Part shown: positions 10,842 through 19,180 of the stretch, in pieces
Numbering within the stretch: the stretch's first letter is position 1
How the letters are laid out: every line of letters starts with the position of its first letter
NCBI GenBank assembly: GCA_944332185.1
Contig: CALVJJ010000001.1
Span: forward strand, 66,422 to 129,785
DNA from: an uncultured Clostridia bacterium
GTDB taxonomy: Bacteria > Bacillota > Clostridia > Christensenellales > UBA1242
Direction of reading: 5' to 3'
DNA length: 63,364 nucleotides
Translations under genes and position numbers: made by a program
The notes under the pieces: model-generated
Databases searched by the model: none
What the model was told of the DNA's origin: nothing
What the model saw: the letters and a program-made list of their open reading frames with translations, nothing else

Positions 10842-12866
10842 TTATAACACAAAGATAATACGAGCATTAAGATATGGCACTTCAAAATATTGTTGATTTC
10901 CCTCTTGGTCTTTCCCTGGCACAATACATTGTAGTCCATTTTGATATAACAAATTCAAAACAGTTTGATAGCTACTAATCGATACCACAATTTCCAAATT
11001 GTTATCTTCATGACTATCTAAATAAGTTTTGATATTGGCTATATCTTGTGTTAAAAAGAAACCGAATCCACTAGTTAAGTATCTACTGTAAGATACCCCA
11101 TTGACTATATATGGTACAACAGAGTAGTAATTCAAACTTGTATCTGTTGCAGGCATAGTATAGTAAGTACTCATATCACTAGCAAAATGTGTACCACTCA
11201 TGTAATCTGTCCCACTAATATCATAATCAGAGATCATAAAATATTGATGAGAGCCAATTTCTATATTTGTCCCTTCCAAAGAGCAAGTGAAATTGGTCCA
11301 AGTAATATCTACTACGTACCACATAGTACCCATACGTACTTTATTCCAAGCATGACCACCATATCCACCATTAGAAGAAGCTACTACCCCTACAATACGA
11401 GCACAATCAATGCCTAGCATATTACACATAAGACTATAAGCTTTTGCATATCCATCGCATACAGACACGTGATCGTAGAATACCCCTTCTAGATAGAAGC
11501 AGTTGTATGCTGTTGTCGTAGATTGATTCTGTCCATCATTTTCAATCAAATCTAATACATTGGTATCATATTGTACATTGACGACCAACCAATCAAAGAT
11601 AGACAATGCTTTTTCATAGTCTGTCATCTCTTCACTAATGATGTCGTTTAGAATGGATTTTGCTTCTTGATAAATGAGATATGCATCACTTGTAGTTGAC
11701 AAAAACTTTGGTCTAGCCCCACTTTCTACCACATGATATAATTGATCTGTGGTTTGGACAGGATAGGTAATAGGTTGGCTATCTGATGCAAAACTATCTA
11801 CACCCATTTGTCCTGTGTAAGATTCATAATAAGGCTGGAATTCCATTGGATATGGATAAGTGTCCAGTGTCCCAGAATCAATAGAAGGTTCTTCTTGCCC
11901 AAAATAATTAAACGTCAGTACGAAAATTGGATTCCACATATCTAATTTTTGTATGATCATATCGTATGCATACGTTTCGTACAATCTATCTTTACTAATT
12001 TCCAATTTTTCTTGTAGTGTCACTCGATCATCTACAAAATTTTCTGCACATTGGAATTTGCATTCTTTTAATTTTTGCAAATAGCAAAAACGGAATAAAT
12101 GATCTAGATCATTTTGATCCGTAATATAATAGTCATAATATTCCCCATCTAGATAGAAAATATTTTCTGTATAACTTGCAAGTGCTTCACTATCATTTTC
12201 TGTACTGAAATATTTTTGATTGTTGTCATTTAGGTACAAAATATCATTTTCTTGCAGTCCTACATTGACCATGTAGACTTCATCTTCTTCTAGATATTTG
12301 TAGATATTAAGATAGGTAGAAGTTGTTGGTATATATTCTATATCTTCCCTTCCTGATGCAATGACGACCACATACGTATCCCCACTTTCTACTGCATTCC
12401 AACTAAGGACACAAGTAGAAAAGGTATACACTACCCCTCTTGGTGCTTTGGTATTGTCATACATGATAGAAGCTATCTCAATAGAAGGATCTGCCACTTG
12501 GTAGACAAAATCTTGACTTTTTCTATAATTACCGTTACTATCATACGATTTTACATAGAATCGGTAGATACTTTCATTACTTGTCATAGCCTGTGTAAAA
12601 TCATATTGTAAAGAAGTCTGTCCTACAAAACTTGCTTGTTCATACGTTTCCACAACAGCTTGATTCACGAGCACTTCATATTTGACAGCATTGCTATCAA
12701 TATTCCACGTTAGCAACATCGTGTTTTTATCAAAAGTTGCCGCAATGGTGCCTAATTGTACGGAAGAAAACCATTCCCAAAAAGGTGTACATGCTGTAAA
12801 AATAGGCATCGCAAAACAAAGTAGTCCCAAAGCAATCCATTTGATTGCCCATTTTTTCTTTTTCAT
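10842..12866 (-). CDS. Transglutaminase-like lipoprotein with N-terminal FN3-like domains
   Basis: Lipobox FTAC; Cys-His-Asp triad motifs VCDGYAKAY, GHAWNKV, WYVVDITW; W..V....Y.V beta-sandwich motifs. Confidence 0.85.
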   Translation of the reverse strand: MKKKKWAIKWIALGLLCFAMPIFTACTPFWEWFSSVQLGTIAATFDKNTMLLTWNIDSNAVKYEVLVNQAVVETYEQASFVGQTSLQYDFTQAMTSNESIYRFYVKSYDSNGNYRKSQDFVYQVADPSIEIASIMYDNTKAPRGVVYTFSTCVLSWNAVESGDTYVVVIASGREDIEYIPTTSTYLNIYKYLEEDEVYMVNVGLQENDILYLNDNNQKYFSTENDSEALASYTENIFYLDGEYYDYYITDQNDLDHLFRFCYLQKLKECKFQCAENFVDDRVTLQEKLEISKDRLYETYAYDMIIQKLDMWNPIFVLTFNYFGQEEPSIDSGTLDTYPYPMEFQPYYESYTGQMGVDSFASDSQPITYPVQTTDQLYHVVESGARPKFLSTTSDAYLIYQEAKSILNDIISEEMTDYEKALSIFDWLVVNVQYDTNVLDLIENDGQNQSTTTAYNCFYLEGVFYDHVSVCDGYAKAYSLMCNMLGIDCARIVGVVASSNGGYGGHAWNKVRMGTMWYVVDITWTNFTCSLEGTNIEIGSHQYFMISDYDISGTDYMSGTHFASDMSTYYTMPATDTSLNYYSVVPYIVNGVSYSRYLTSGFGFFLTQDIANIKTYLDSHEDNNLEIVVSISSYQTVLNLLYQNGLQCIVPGKDQEGNQQYFEVPYLNARIIFVL

Positions 12867-12874
12867 ATTCCCTC

Positions 12875-13264
12875 CTATCTGTTGTGAATCTGATATGCTT
12901 GTGGCAACAATTCTTGTAAAGAAAACACCCCATCACTCGTAATAACTTCGATATTTGGTGCATATTCCACAAAGAATTGTCTGCAAGTCCCGCAAGGTGT
13001 TATGATCTGTGTACTGCCATCTTTATGGACACCTACACTGACAATGGTAGCAAAATCGGTATCTTTTGCTACCGTTGCAGTAGAGATAGCCACTTGCTCG
13101 GCACAAATACTATGAATGCCGTCCATATTGATCCCCACATAGATGACACCAGATTTGCTACGCAAAGCACACCCTACACAGTGATGTATTTCATCATAGT
13201 AGTCTTGTGCTACTTGTTGTGCCATAGCCACTAGTTCTTCATCTTTTTTTGTTGTCTTTCTCAT
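12875..13264 (-). CDS. cdd: Cytidine deaminase family protein (three-Cys, Cdd/Bsd-like)
   Basis: ICAEQVAI and PCGTCRQ zinc motifs, LQELLP C-terminus; start at ATG 13264 just after upstream stop. Confidence 0.8.
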   Translation of the reverse strand: MRKTTKKDEELVAMAQQVAQDYYDEIHHCVGCALRSKSGVIYVGINMDGIHSICAEQVAISTATVAKDTDFATIVSVGVHKDGSTQIITPCGTCRQFFVEYAPNIEVITSDGVFSLQELLPQAYQIHNR

Positions 13265-13266
13265 GC

Positions 13267-14457
13267 TTAGCCCCCGTAAGCTTCTGTAATATGATTGATC
13301 CATGCTTGTGGACAAGTAGACCAATAGGTATATTCTTCTGTATCGTAGATACCATCTTGGTTCCCACCCCAAATGGTAATATCTTCATTCATGCCATTAT
13401 CGAATCTTGTAATAATAGATGCATGATTTGCTGTACTCATTGCTTGAATGGTGATCTTAATGGTAAGATTTTGTCCTGCGAATTCTGATCCTATGTTTTC
13501 ACCAACTAGTTCTATACTATCAAACAAACGATAGGTTTTCGTTTTTGGTTCTAGTTGGTAAGCATAATAGTACCAGCCATCATCTTCTTTACAATATGGT
13601 GTGCCGTCCCAAGAATTAACAAGACTATCTTCTACTTCCTTGTCATAATGATACCAATAATCACTATTAGCTGTGACATGAATAAGATTATTCATCAGTC
13701 TACCATCATAATAAGCATCGACTCTATATCTAATATAGACAGTTTCCCAATTCCCCTTATCTTGTGGTGTAAAGGAATTCTGTGCCACAATTTCATTCGT
13801 GATCTTGTCCCCTGGATCTAGATCAGATACACTATACTTAAAGTCTGTAATCTCTGCATCTGTATATGTCACACCATCAATGCTAACGCTCACACGTGTA
13901 GATCCATCACTAGGTGGATTGATCCATGTCACATATACCCAATACGTACCACCAGCAAGCAAGCCGATGAGTAATAGGAACAGTAGCAAAAGTATCAACA
14001 ATCGTCTTCTCTTTTTCTTTGGTTGTTCTTGGGTATTCTGTAATGTTTTTCCTTTTGCTTTGGCAAGTAATTCTTGATTACGTAGTTGGATCTTTTCTCT
14101 TTCTGTAAGTGGTCTTCTTGGTTGGGAAGAAGTGTCTGTCTCTTGCAATCTTGCTTGTTTTATTCTTTCTTGCAGATCACTAATCGACGTATCTTCTTTT
14201 GGTTGATTGTCTACATTGTTCGATTGCTGTTGTACTCTTTTTTCTCGTTCTGCACGAAGTCTCTCTTCTTCTTGTTGTTTTGCTAGTTGCTCTGCTCTAA
14301 TTCTTTGCGATTCAGCTAGTACCGAACGAAAATCAAAGTTATTCTTCTGCTCTTGTGTTGGTCCAGCATTGGCTTTGGACTGCTCTTGCATTCTTTGTTG
14401 CTGGAGTCTTCTCGCTTTTTCTAGCAGATCATTCGTGTTGTTCCCTTTTTCTTTCAT
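13267..14457 (-). CDS. Membrane-anchored TasA/BsaA-like protein with long Q/E/R-rich N-terminal region
   Basis: ~150 aa charged coil, KKKRRR + Leu-rich TM ending GGTYW, then LDPGD, YIRYRV, DGWYYY, ITIQAM motifs shared with neighbouring paralogues. Confidence 0.75.
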   Translation of the reverse strand: MKEKGNNTNDLLEKARRLQQQRMQEQSKANAGPTQEQKNNFDFRSVLAESQRIRAEQLAKQQEEERLRAEREKRVQQQSNNVDNQPKEDTSISDLQERIKQARLQETDTSSQPRRPLTEREKIQLRNQELLAKAKGKTLQNTQEQPKKKRRRLLILLLLFLLLIGLLAGGTYWVYVTWINPPSDGSTRVSVSIDGVTYTDAEITDFKYSVSDLDPGDKITNEIVAQNSFTPQDKGNWETVYIRYRVDAYYDGRLMNNLIHVTANSDYWYHYDKEVEDSLVNSWDGTPYCKEDDGWYYYAYQLEPKTKTYRLFDSIELVGENIGSEFAGQNLTIKITIQAMSTANHASIITRFDNGMNEDITIWGGNQDGIYDTEEYTYWSTCPQAWINHITEAYGG

Positions 14458-14722
14458 AATCTTTCCCACTTACATGCTCACTCTTTTCTATATAGTGTGT
14501 GCATTATTCCCATTTTATTTCTAGTTCTATTGTATCAAATAGAATAAAAAACAGCAAATTGTTTAGAAGAATATTTCCAATATTATACTGAAAATTTTGT
14601 GTAAATAACTTTTGCTTTTTTACATCATTTTGTATCTTGTATGTGTTGTGATATAGTACCCAATGATCTTGGTGTTTTTAAAAAAAATAGTCTCCCACAA
14701 TTCCAAATACATATTCCCTAAA

Positions 14723-14751
14723 GTATAGACTTTCTTGGACTGCATATACTA
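14723..14751 (+). promoter_or_regulatory. Possible forespore SigG/SigF-type promoter
   Basis: GTATA-17 nt-TATACTA just upstream of AAGGAG RBS of 14771. Confidence 0.4.
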
Positions 14752-14770
14752 AGCAAAAGGAGTATTTTGC

Positions 14771-15367
14771 ATGCAACCAATCACAAAAAACGTGTTGTGG
14801 GTGGTGGGTATTGTTGTCCTATTGGGTATCATGATCGGTGGATCACTAGCCTATTTTAGCAGTATTCGTTCGCAACGTGGAGATATTCAATTCGCCGAAG
14901 TTTCTGGTATCACCATGGGAGATATTCACCCCCTTACGAGTGAGAATAGCCTTATTATTCCCGGCGACCAAATACAAAATCCGATCTCTTGGCAAAATAT
15001 CTCTCCCATCGATCATTCCATTACAAGACAAGCCGATGTGTTCGTACGAGTCAGGCTAGATGCCACTTTAGATACGGTAGATACCAATGCCATACAACTG
15101 ATTTTTCAAAAACCACAACAATGGATCTGGGGTAATCAAGGGTATTACTATTATACCGGTTATGTCGCACCAGCAGAAACCATTGCTATCATCAGTGGAC
15201 TATCTGTCAGCACAAAACTGACTAGAATGTATTCTGGCAAAGATGTGAATCTAACCATTCATATCGAGTGTCTGCAAGCTCCTTACCAAGCCTACCAATC
15301 TGTCTGGGCAGATGCCCCACAATATTGGATAGACAACTATGCCAGCACGTATGAGGTAACGACATGA
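14771..15367 (+). CDS. SipW-dependent TasA/BsaA-like protein
   Basis: Signal GGSLA|YFS; IIPGD, VFVRVRL, GYYYYTGYV, IHIECLQ, WADAPQYW. Confidence 0.85.
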   Translation: MQPITKNVLWVVGIVVLLGIMIGGSLAYFSSIRSQRGDIQFAEVSGITMGDIHPLTSENSLIIPGDQIQNPISWQNISPIDHSITRQADVFVRVRLDATLDTVDTNAIQLIFQKPQQWIWGNQGYYYYTGYVAPAETIAIISGLSVSTKLTRMYSGKDVNLTIHIECLQAPYQAYQSVWADAPQYWIDNYASTYEVTT

Positions 15368-15939
15368 GACAAGAAAAAAAGATAAAGGTACAACGTATCA
15401 TCTATAGCATCAGTGTGGCTATTCTATTCTTCCTATCTATACTAGTCCTTTTCTATGTGCCAAATACGTTGAGTTATTTTTCACAATCTGATCAAAAAGA
15501 CACAGAGACCAAAGTCGGTACAGTATCTACTTTGATCTTACCTAGTACCACCAGTGCTTTTGTCTATGATGGCTCCCCCATCATCTGTCCTATGACCATC
15601 ACCAACATTTCTGATCTAACAGTCTATACCAGAGTCATGCCGATGATTCGGTGGCAAGACTATCTTCCTAATCCTAGTACCATGACCATAGTAGAAAGTG
15701 AAGACTATGTATTAAGTACTGATGATTGGTACTATATTCCTTCCTCTATTGCACCCAATGAAAGTCACACTTTTACCATACAATTAGATCTTATTCCTAC
15801 AGAATATCTAGGCAAAACTGTCTATCTGGATCTCTATGTCGAAAGTGTACAAGCTAGTCACTTAGCCTACCAAGATACATTCCCTACTGCACCTGAACAA
15901 TGGATAAAACTCATTACCCCATCATCTACACAAGCATAG
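15364..15939 (+). CDS. SipW-dependent TasA/BsaA-like protein
   Basis: Signal NTLS|YFS; VYTRV, DDWYYI, YVESVQ, FPTAPEQW; ATGA overlap with upstream gene. Confidence 0.8.
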   Translation: MRQEKKIKVQRIIYSISVAILFFLSILVLFYVPNTLSYFSQSDQKDTETKVGTVSTLILPSTTSAFVYDGSPIICPMTITNISDLTVYTRVMPMIRWQDYLPNPSTMTIVESEDYVLSTDDWYYIPSSIAPNESHTFTIQLDLIPTEYLGKTVYLDLYVESVQASHLAYQDTFPTAPEQWIKLITPSSTQA

Positions 15940-15976
15940 ACTCCTACATCTTCATTCTCTTATCATGCGATAGCAC

Positions 15977-16007
15977 AAAAAAAATACGACCGAAGTCGTA
16001 TTTTTTT
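15977..16007. terminator. Bidirectional intrinsic terminator
   Basis: AAAAAAATACGAC-CGAA-GTCGTATTTTTTT; C(UUCG)G loop on minus strand; between convergent genes. Confidence 0.85.
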
Positions 16008-16016
16008 CATTTTAGA

Positions 16017-16721
16017 TTAAGCTCCGATACCAAATGCATCATCCATTACAGCAGCAACTGCAGAAATAGTATTTGCTGTACTTGCTGTGCTTGCATCCAA
16101 ATATGTACTTTGAATTGCCTCTGCTATGAATTTTACAGTAATAGATTTCAAAGCAACTGCATTTGTCCAGTCAGATGGAACGCTAACTTTACCATCCAAG
16201 AAGGCAACACTTGCAGCAACTGATGTAGCATCTACTTCTTTCATGACAGTTGAATCACTCTCAACAGTTGCAACATCACTATTATCAACTGTAGGTTTAG
16301 TACCAACATAGTAATAATATTGATCATCACCTAATTTCCAACCTTTAGCAGCAGCAGCTTCTTTGATTTGGTCATTGAATTCTGTTGTTAATGTTTCAGC
16401 CTCAGTACCAGTAATTTCAACTTTCAATCTAAAGAATGCTTTTGTACTGCTTTTAGCCATGTTAACAAAAACTTTAGAATCAATTGGTTGTCCTGGGACT
16501 AAGTTGGAACCACTGAAAGTCACTTCAGCTGCGTCTTTAGTGTATTCATCATCACTTTCCATAGCGATGTTAATAGCACCACCCATGGTTAATGTACCAC
16601 TTGCTTCTCTTTTATCCAAGAACCATGCCATGGTACCTCCGACAGCAACAGATGCAAGCAAGAGTACACTTAGCACTGCAATCATCAAAGTTTTCACATT
16701 GAATTTTTTGGCTTTTTCCAT
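16017..16721 (-). CDS. SipW-dependent TasA/BsaA-like protein, candidate major subunit
   Basis: Signal GGTMA|WFLD; LVPGQ, AFFRLKV, DQYYYYVG, FIAEAIQS; AGGAGG RBS, own promoter and terminator. Confidence 0.88.
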   Translation of the reverse strand: MEKAKKFNVKTLMIAVLSVLLLASVAVGGTMAWFLDKREASGTLTMGGAINIAMESDDEYTKDAAEVTFSGSNLVPGQPIDSKVFVNMAKSSTKAFFRLKVEITGTEAETLTTEFNDQIKEAAAAKGWKLGDDQYYYYVGTKPTVDNSDVATVESDSTVMKEVDATSVAASVAFLDGKVSVPSDWTNAVALKSITVKFIAEAIQSTYLDASTASTANTISAVAAVMDDAFGIGA

Positions 16722-16758
16722 TTTTTCCTCCTATAATATTTTTTCATCCGACACCTAT

Positions 16759-16787
16759 ATTATAGAATTTTTTTAAAAAGTTGTCTA
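16759..16787 (-). promoter_or_regulatory. SigA-type promoter
   Basis: TAGACA-17 nt-TATAAT. Confidence 0.7.
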
Positions 16788-16892
16788 ACAAAATTCGATA
16801 TATTTTTTAAAAAAATTGTTTCTCTTTTGCTGTCTATGTATTGTAGATACTTTTTGCTAGATTGTGCCTTTCCATTGTGCTTAAAGACTTAT

Positions 16893-16926
16893 AAAAAACA
16901 AGAGGTAGTATACACCTCTTATTTTT
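16893..16926 (-). terminator. Intrinsic terminator after 16949..17626
   Basis: AAGAGGT/ACCTCTT stem with U-tract on minus strand. Confidence 0.65.
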
Positions 16927-16948
16927 ATAACAATTTTCATGCTATTTC

Positions 16949-17626
16949 TTATGCATTGGCATAGTTGGACAACCAATCTTCTGGCGCTGTTGTCCACACT
17001 TCACTTGCTGCACCATTGGCTTTTTGAATAGCCTCGACAACTACTTCTATACTAAAAGTCTTTTTGGCATCATCATTGGTGAGATCCGTAGGAACAGTGA
17101 TAGATGTCACAAAGTCTTGACTAGATCCTGCAGTAAATGTACCTTTGTAATAATAGTAATCATCACTATCGCCTTTTTGCCACGTATTTACTGTCGTGGC
17201 TTTTACTGTTTTTGATGCTCCATCGGTATTGGTAATGGTCAATTTTGCTCGTACCAATGAGTCAGATGTATCATCTGGTTGGCTGACACCGATAGCTTGG
17301 TCATAGACTGTACCAGGCAGTGCATTGCCCGGGAAAGTAAGACTTGATGCAGAACTTCCGCCTTGGGTAATATTGATATTGACAGGATTCCCTAAAGTAA
17401 TGGTACCACTGGCACTAGCGTTAGCTAGGAAGTAAGCAAGTGTTCCCCCTACGGCAATACTGATGAGCAGTAGTGCAGAAAGCACTGTCACAGCGATCAT
17501 TCCCCCTCTTTTCCTTCTTCTAGGTGTAGAAGTAGAAGACTGTGCAATGGAACTAAGTTGTTCTACTTTTTCTTCTTGTGTAGTTGGTTTTTTTGTAACA
17601 GTTTTTGTTGTTTTTTTTGTCGCCAT
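16949..17626 (-). CDS. SipW-dependent TasA/BsaA-like protein with extended basic N-terminus
   Basis: Signal GGTLA|YFL; ALPGT, SLVRAKL, DDYYYYKG, VVEAIQ, WTTAPEDW. Confidence 0.88.
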   Translation of the reverse strand: MATKKTTKTVTKKPTTQEEKVEQLSSIAQSSTSTPRRRKRGGMIAVTVLSALLLISIAVGGTLAYFLANASASGTITLGNPVNINITQGGSSASSLTFPGNALPGTVYDQAIGVSQPDDTSDSLVRAKLTITNTDGASKTVKATTVNTWQKGDSDDYYYYKGTFTAGSSQDFVTSITVPTDLTNDDAKKTFSIEVVVEAIQKANGAASEVWTTAPEDWLSNYANA

Positions 17627-17806
17627 AATATACCTCTCTTACTAATAAATTGTGTGATTTTGCTGATTTCATACATGAATTACAATATTCTTTTGTTTTT
17701 ATTATCACCTATCTATACTGGGTAGTTGTTTACGCTTGCCTTATACAGTATTCTTACTTTTGGCTCTTAAGGGATCAAAATCATACAGTATTTCCTTTTT
17801 TGGGTA

Positions 17807-17835
17807 TTTACAAATACTTGATCTCATGCTATACT
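17807..17835 (+). promoter_or_regulatory. SigA-type promoter
   Basis: TTTACA-17 nt-TATACT with extended -10 TG. Confidence 0.6.
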
Positions 17836-17928
17836 AAACAAAAATAAAAAGTATTATTGGTAGCCATTGTGCCATACCAATTATCTTTTACCCCATAAAG
17901 ATAGCACCATAAAAAAGGAGTACTACAG

Positions 17929-18930
17929 ATGAAATATTGTGATTTTAAAGAAATTGATCGAATCAAACAATTTTGTGAACAAAATCCTTACCTTTACACC
18001 ATTATTGATCCAGCCAGTGCACCTGATCAAAAAGAATGTGGACCATTTGATCTATCTCAACTGTACCACAACAAAATCCAGGGCAACTTGGACAAAGTAG
18101 ATGATGCAATGATCAATGATTGTTCTGCTTTTTGTCAACAGTCACTCATGAGAGATCTCCAATCCATGCCAACACTTCTAGAAGAAAACAAGCAATCTAG
18201 ATATATTCTAGATACAGACAGTGATTTTATCATAGACTATCAAGATGGAAAACCTGTATACTTTAATGAATTACGATTTTGTTACATGGGTGGTGTCGTG
18301 GTAGATATTCAGGCATTGATCAAAGATCTAAGTAATCCAACATATAGCAGATTACAAAAACAATTCATTATCTTCCAATATCATCATTTGTTGCAATTCG
18401 CTTGCACGACCAGTTTTTATACTTATGCCTGTACCAAAATACAAAAATATTTGCAATTACTATACCCTACCGAAGAATGCAATAGAGAACTCAATAATTG
18501 TTTTGGGTATATCTACCAAACACAAGTTGCACCTACTTTTAATTTTTTACAACAATATTTTTTACAATATGATCTATCTGTAGAAAAATTTTTACAAAAC
18601 AAACAACTTTATCATATCAATCGTGTTGTACCTCAGGATTACCAACTAGATCATCTAGAACTTCGGGCACTGTATAAGGCATTGAATTTGATAGACCATA
18701 CAGATACCACAGGTATTGTCAATAACGAAGTACGATTCGATCTACCAAAACAAACAAACGAACAAAAGATCAATAATTTGCTACGTATCTTGCATACTTA
18801 CAATCAAAGAATCAACAAAGCGTACAAAAAGAAAATATCTGTCCCAATGGAACCATACCAATCCATTGAACAAATTAGACAATCTGTGGAAAAAGTGAAA
18901 CAAGAAATGGAAGAATTGACCATGCTATAA
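17929..18930 (+). CDS. Hypothetical cytoplasmic protein
   Basis: 333-aa ORF with AAGGAG RBS and promoter; no recognised family. Confidence 0.8.
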   Translation: MKYCDFKEIDRIKQFCEQNPYLYTIIDPASAPDQKECGPFDLSQLYHNKIQGNLDKVDDAMINDCSAFCQQSLMRDLQSMPTLLEENKQSRYILDTDSDFIIDYQDGKPVYFNELRFCYMGGVVVDIQALIKDLSNPTYSRLQKQFIIFQYHHLLQFACTTSFYTYACTKIQKYLQLLYPTEECNRELNNCFGYIYQTQVAPTFNFLQQYFLQYDLSVEKFLQNKQLYHINRVVPQDYQLDHLELRALYKALNLIDHTDTTGIVNNEVRFDLPKQTNEQKINNLLRILHTYNQRINKAYKKKISVPMEPYQSIEQIRQSVEKVKQEMEELTML

Positions 18931-19054
18931 AAAGCATACTAGTATACGATACATGATAACAATATGATGGTGGCGATGGTAGGTAACTTACTCAAAATAT
19001 CACAAAATGATATACCATATACCACGATGACAGATGAAAATATCACTTGAGATG

Positions 19055-19083
19055 AAAAAAACCACTTGCAAAAGTGGTTTTTT
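19055..19083. terminator. Bidirectional intrinsic terminator
   Basis: AAAAAAACCACTT-GCAA-AAGTGGTTTTTT between convergent genes. Confidence 0.75.
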
Positions 19084-19180
19084 ATTTGGTTAAAATACAC
19101 GATAGACAATATGTTATGGAAGCATAAAACTTCATATTGATTTTCTACCCTATTTTTTCATACCATACTTTTTTATGATA

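Noticed and set aside
10735-10842. N-terminal extension of gerKA in the ORF track (similar extensions on cdd, 19181, 23249, 25474, 26998, RAYT-like, dinB, antiporter, cysS)
   Set aside because: Extensions cross terminators, promoters or upstream genes; downstream starts have better RBS and match family N-termini
14771-17626. Invertible-cassette or diversity-generating mechanism for the mixed-orientation paralogues
   Set aside because: No recombinase or reverse transcriptase in the window and no flanking inverted repeats or near-identical DNA between paralogues seen by eye
18965-19035. GGCGATGGT resembling the start of a fluoride riboswitch
   Set aside because: No complementary TCGCC or pseudoknot partner, and it lies downstream of a gene between convergent ORFs
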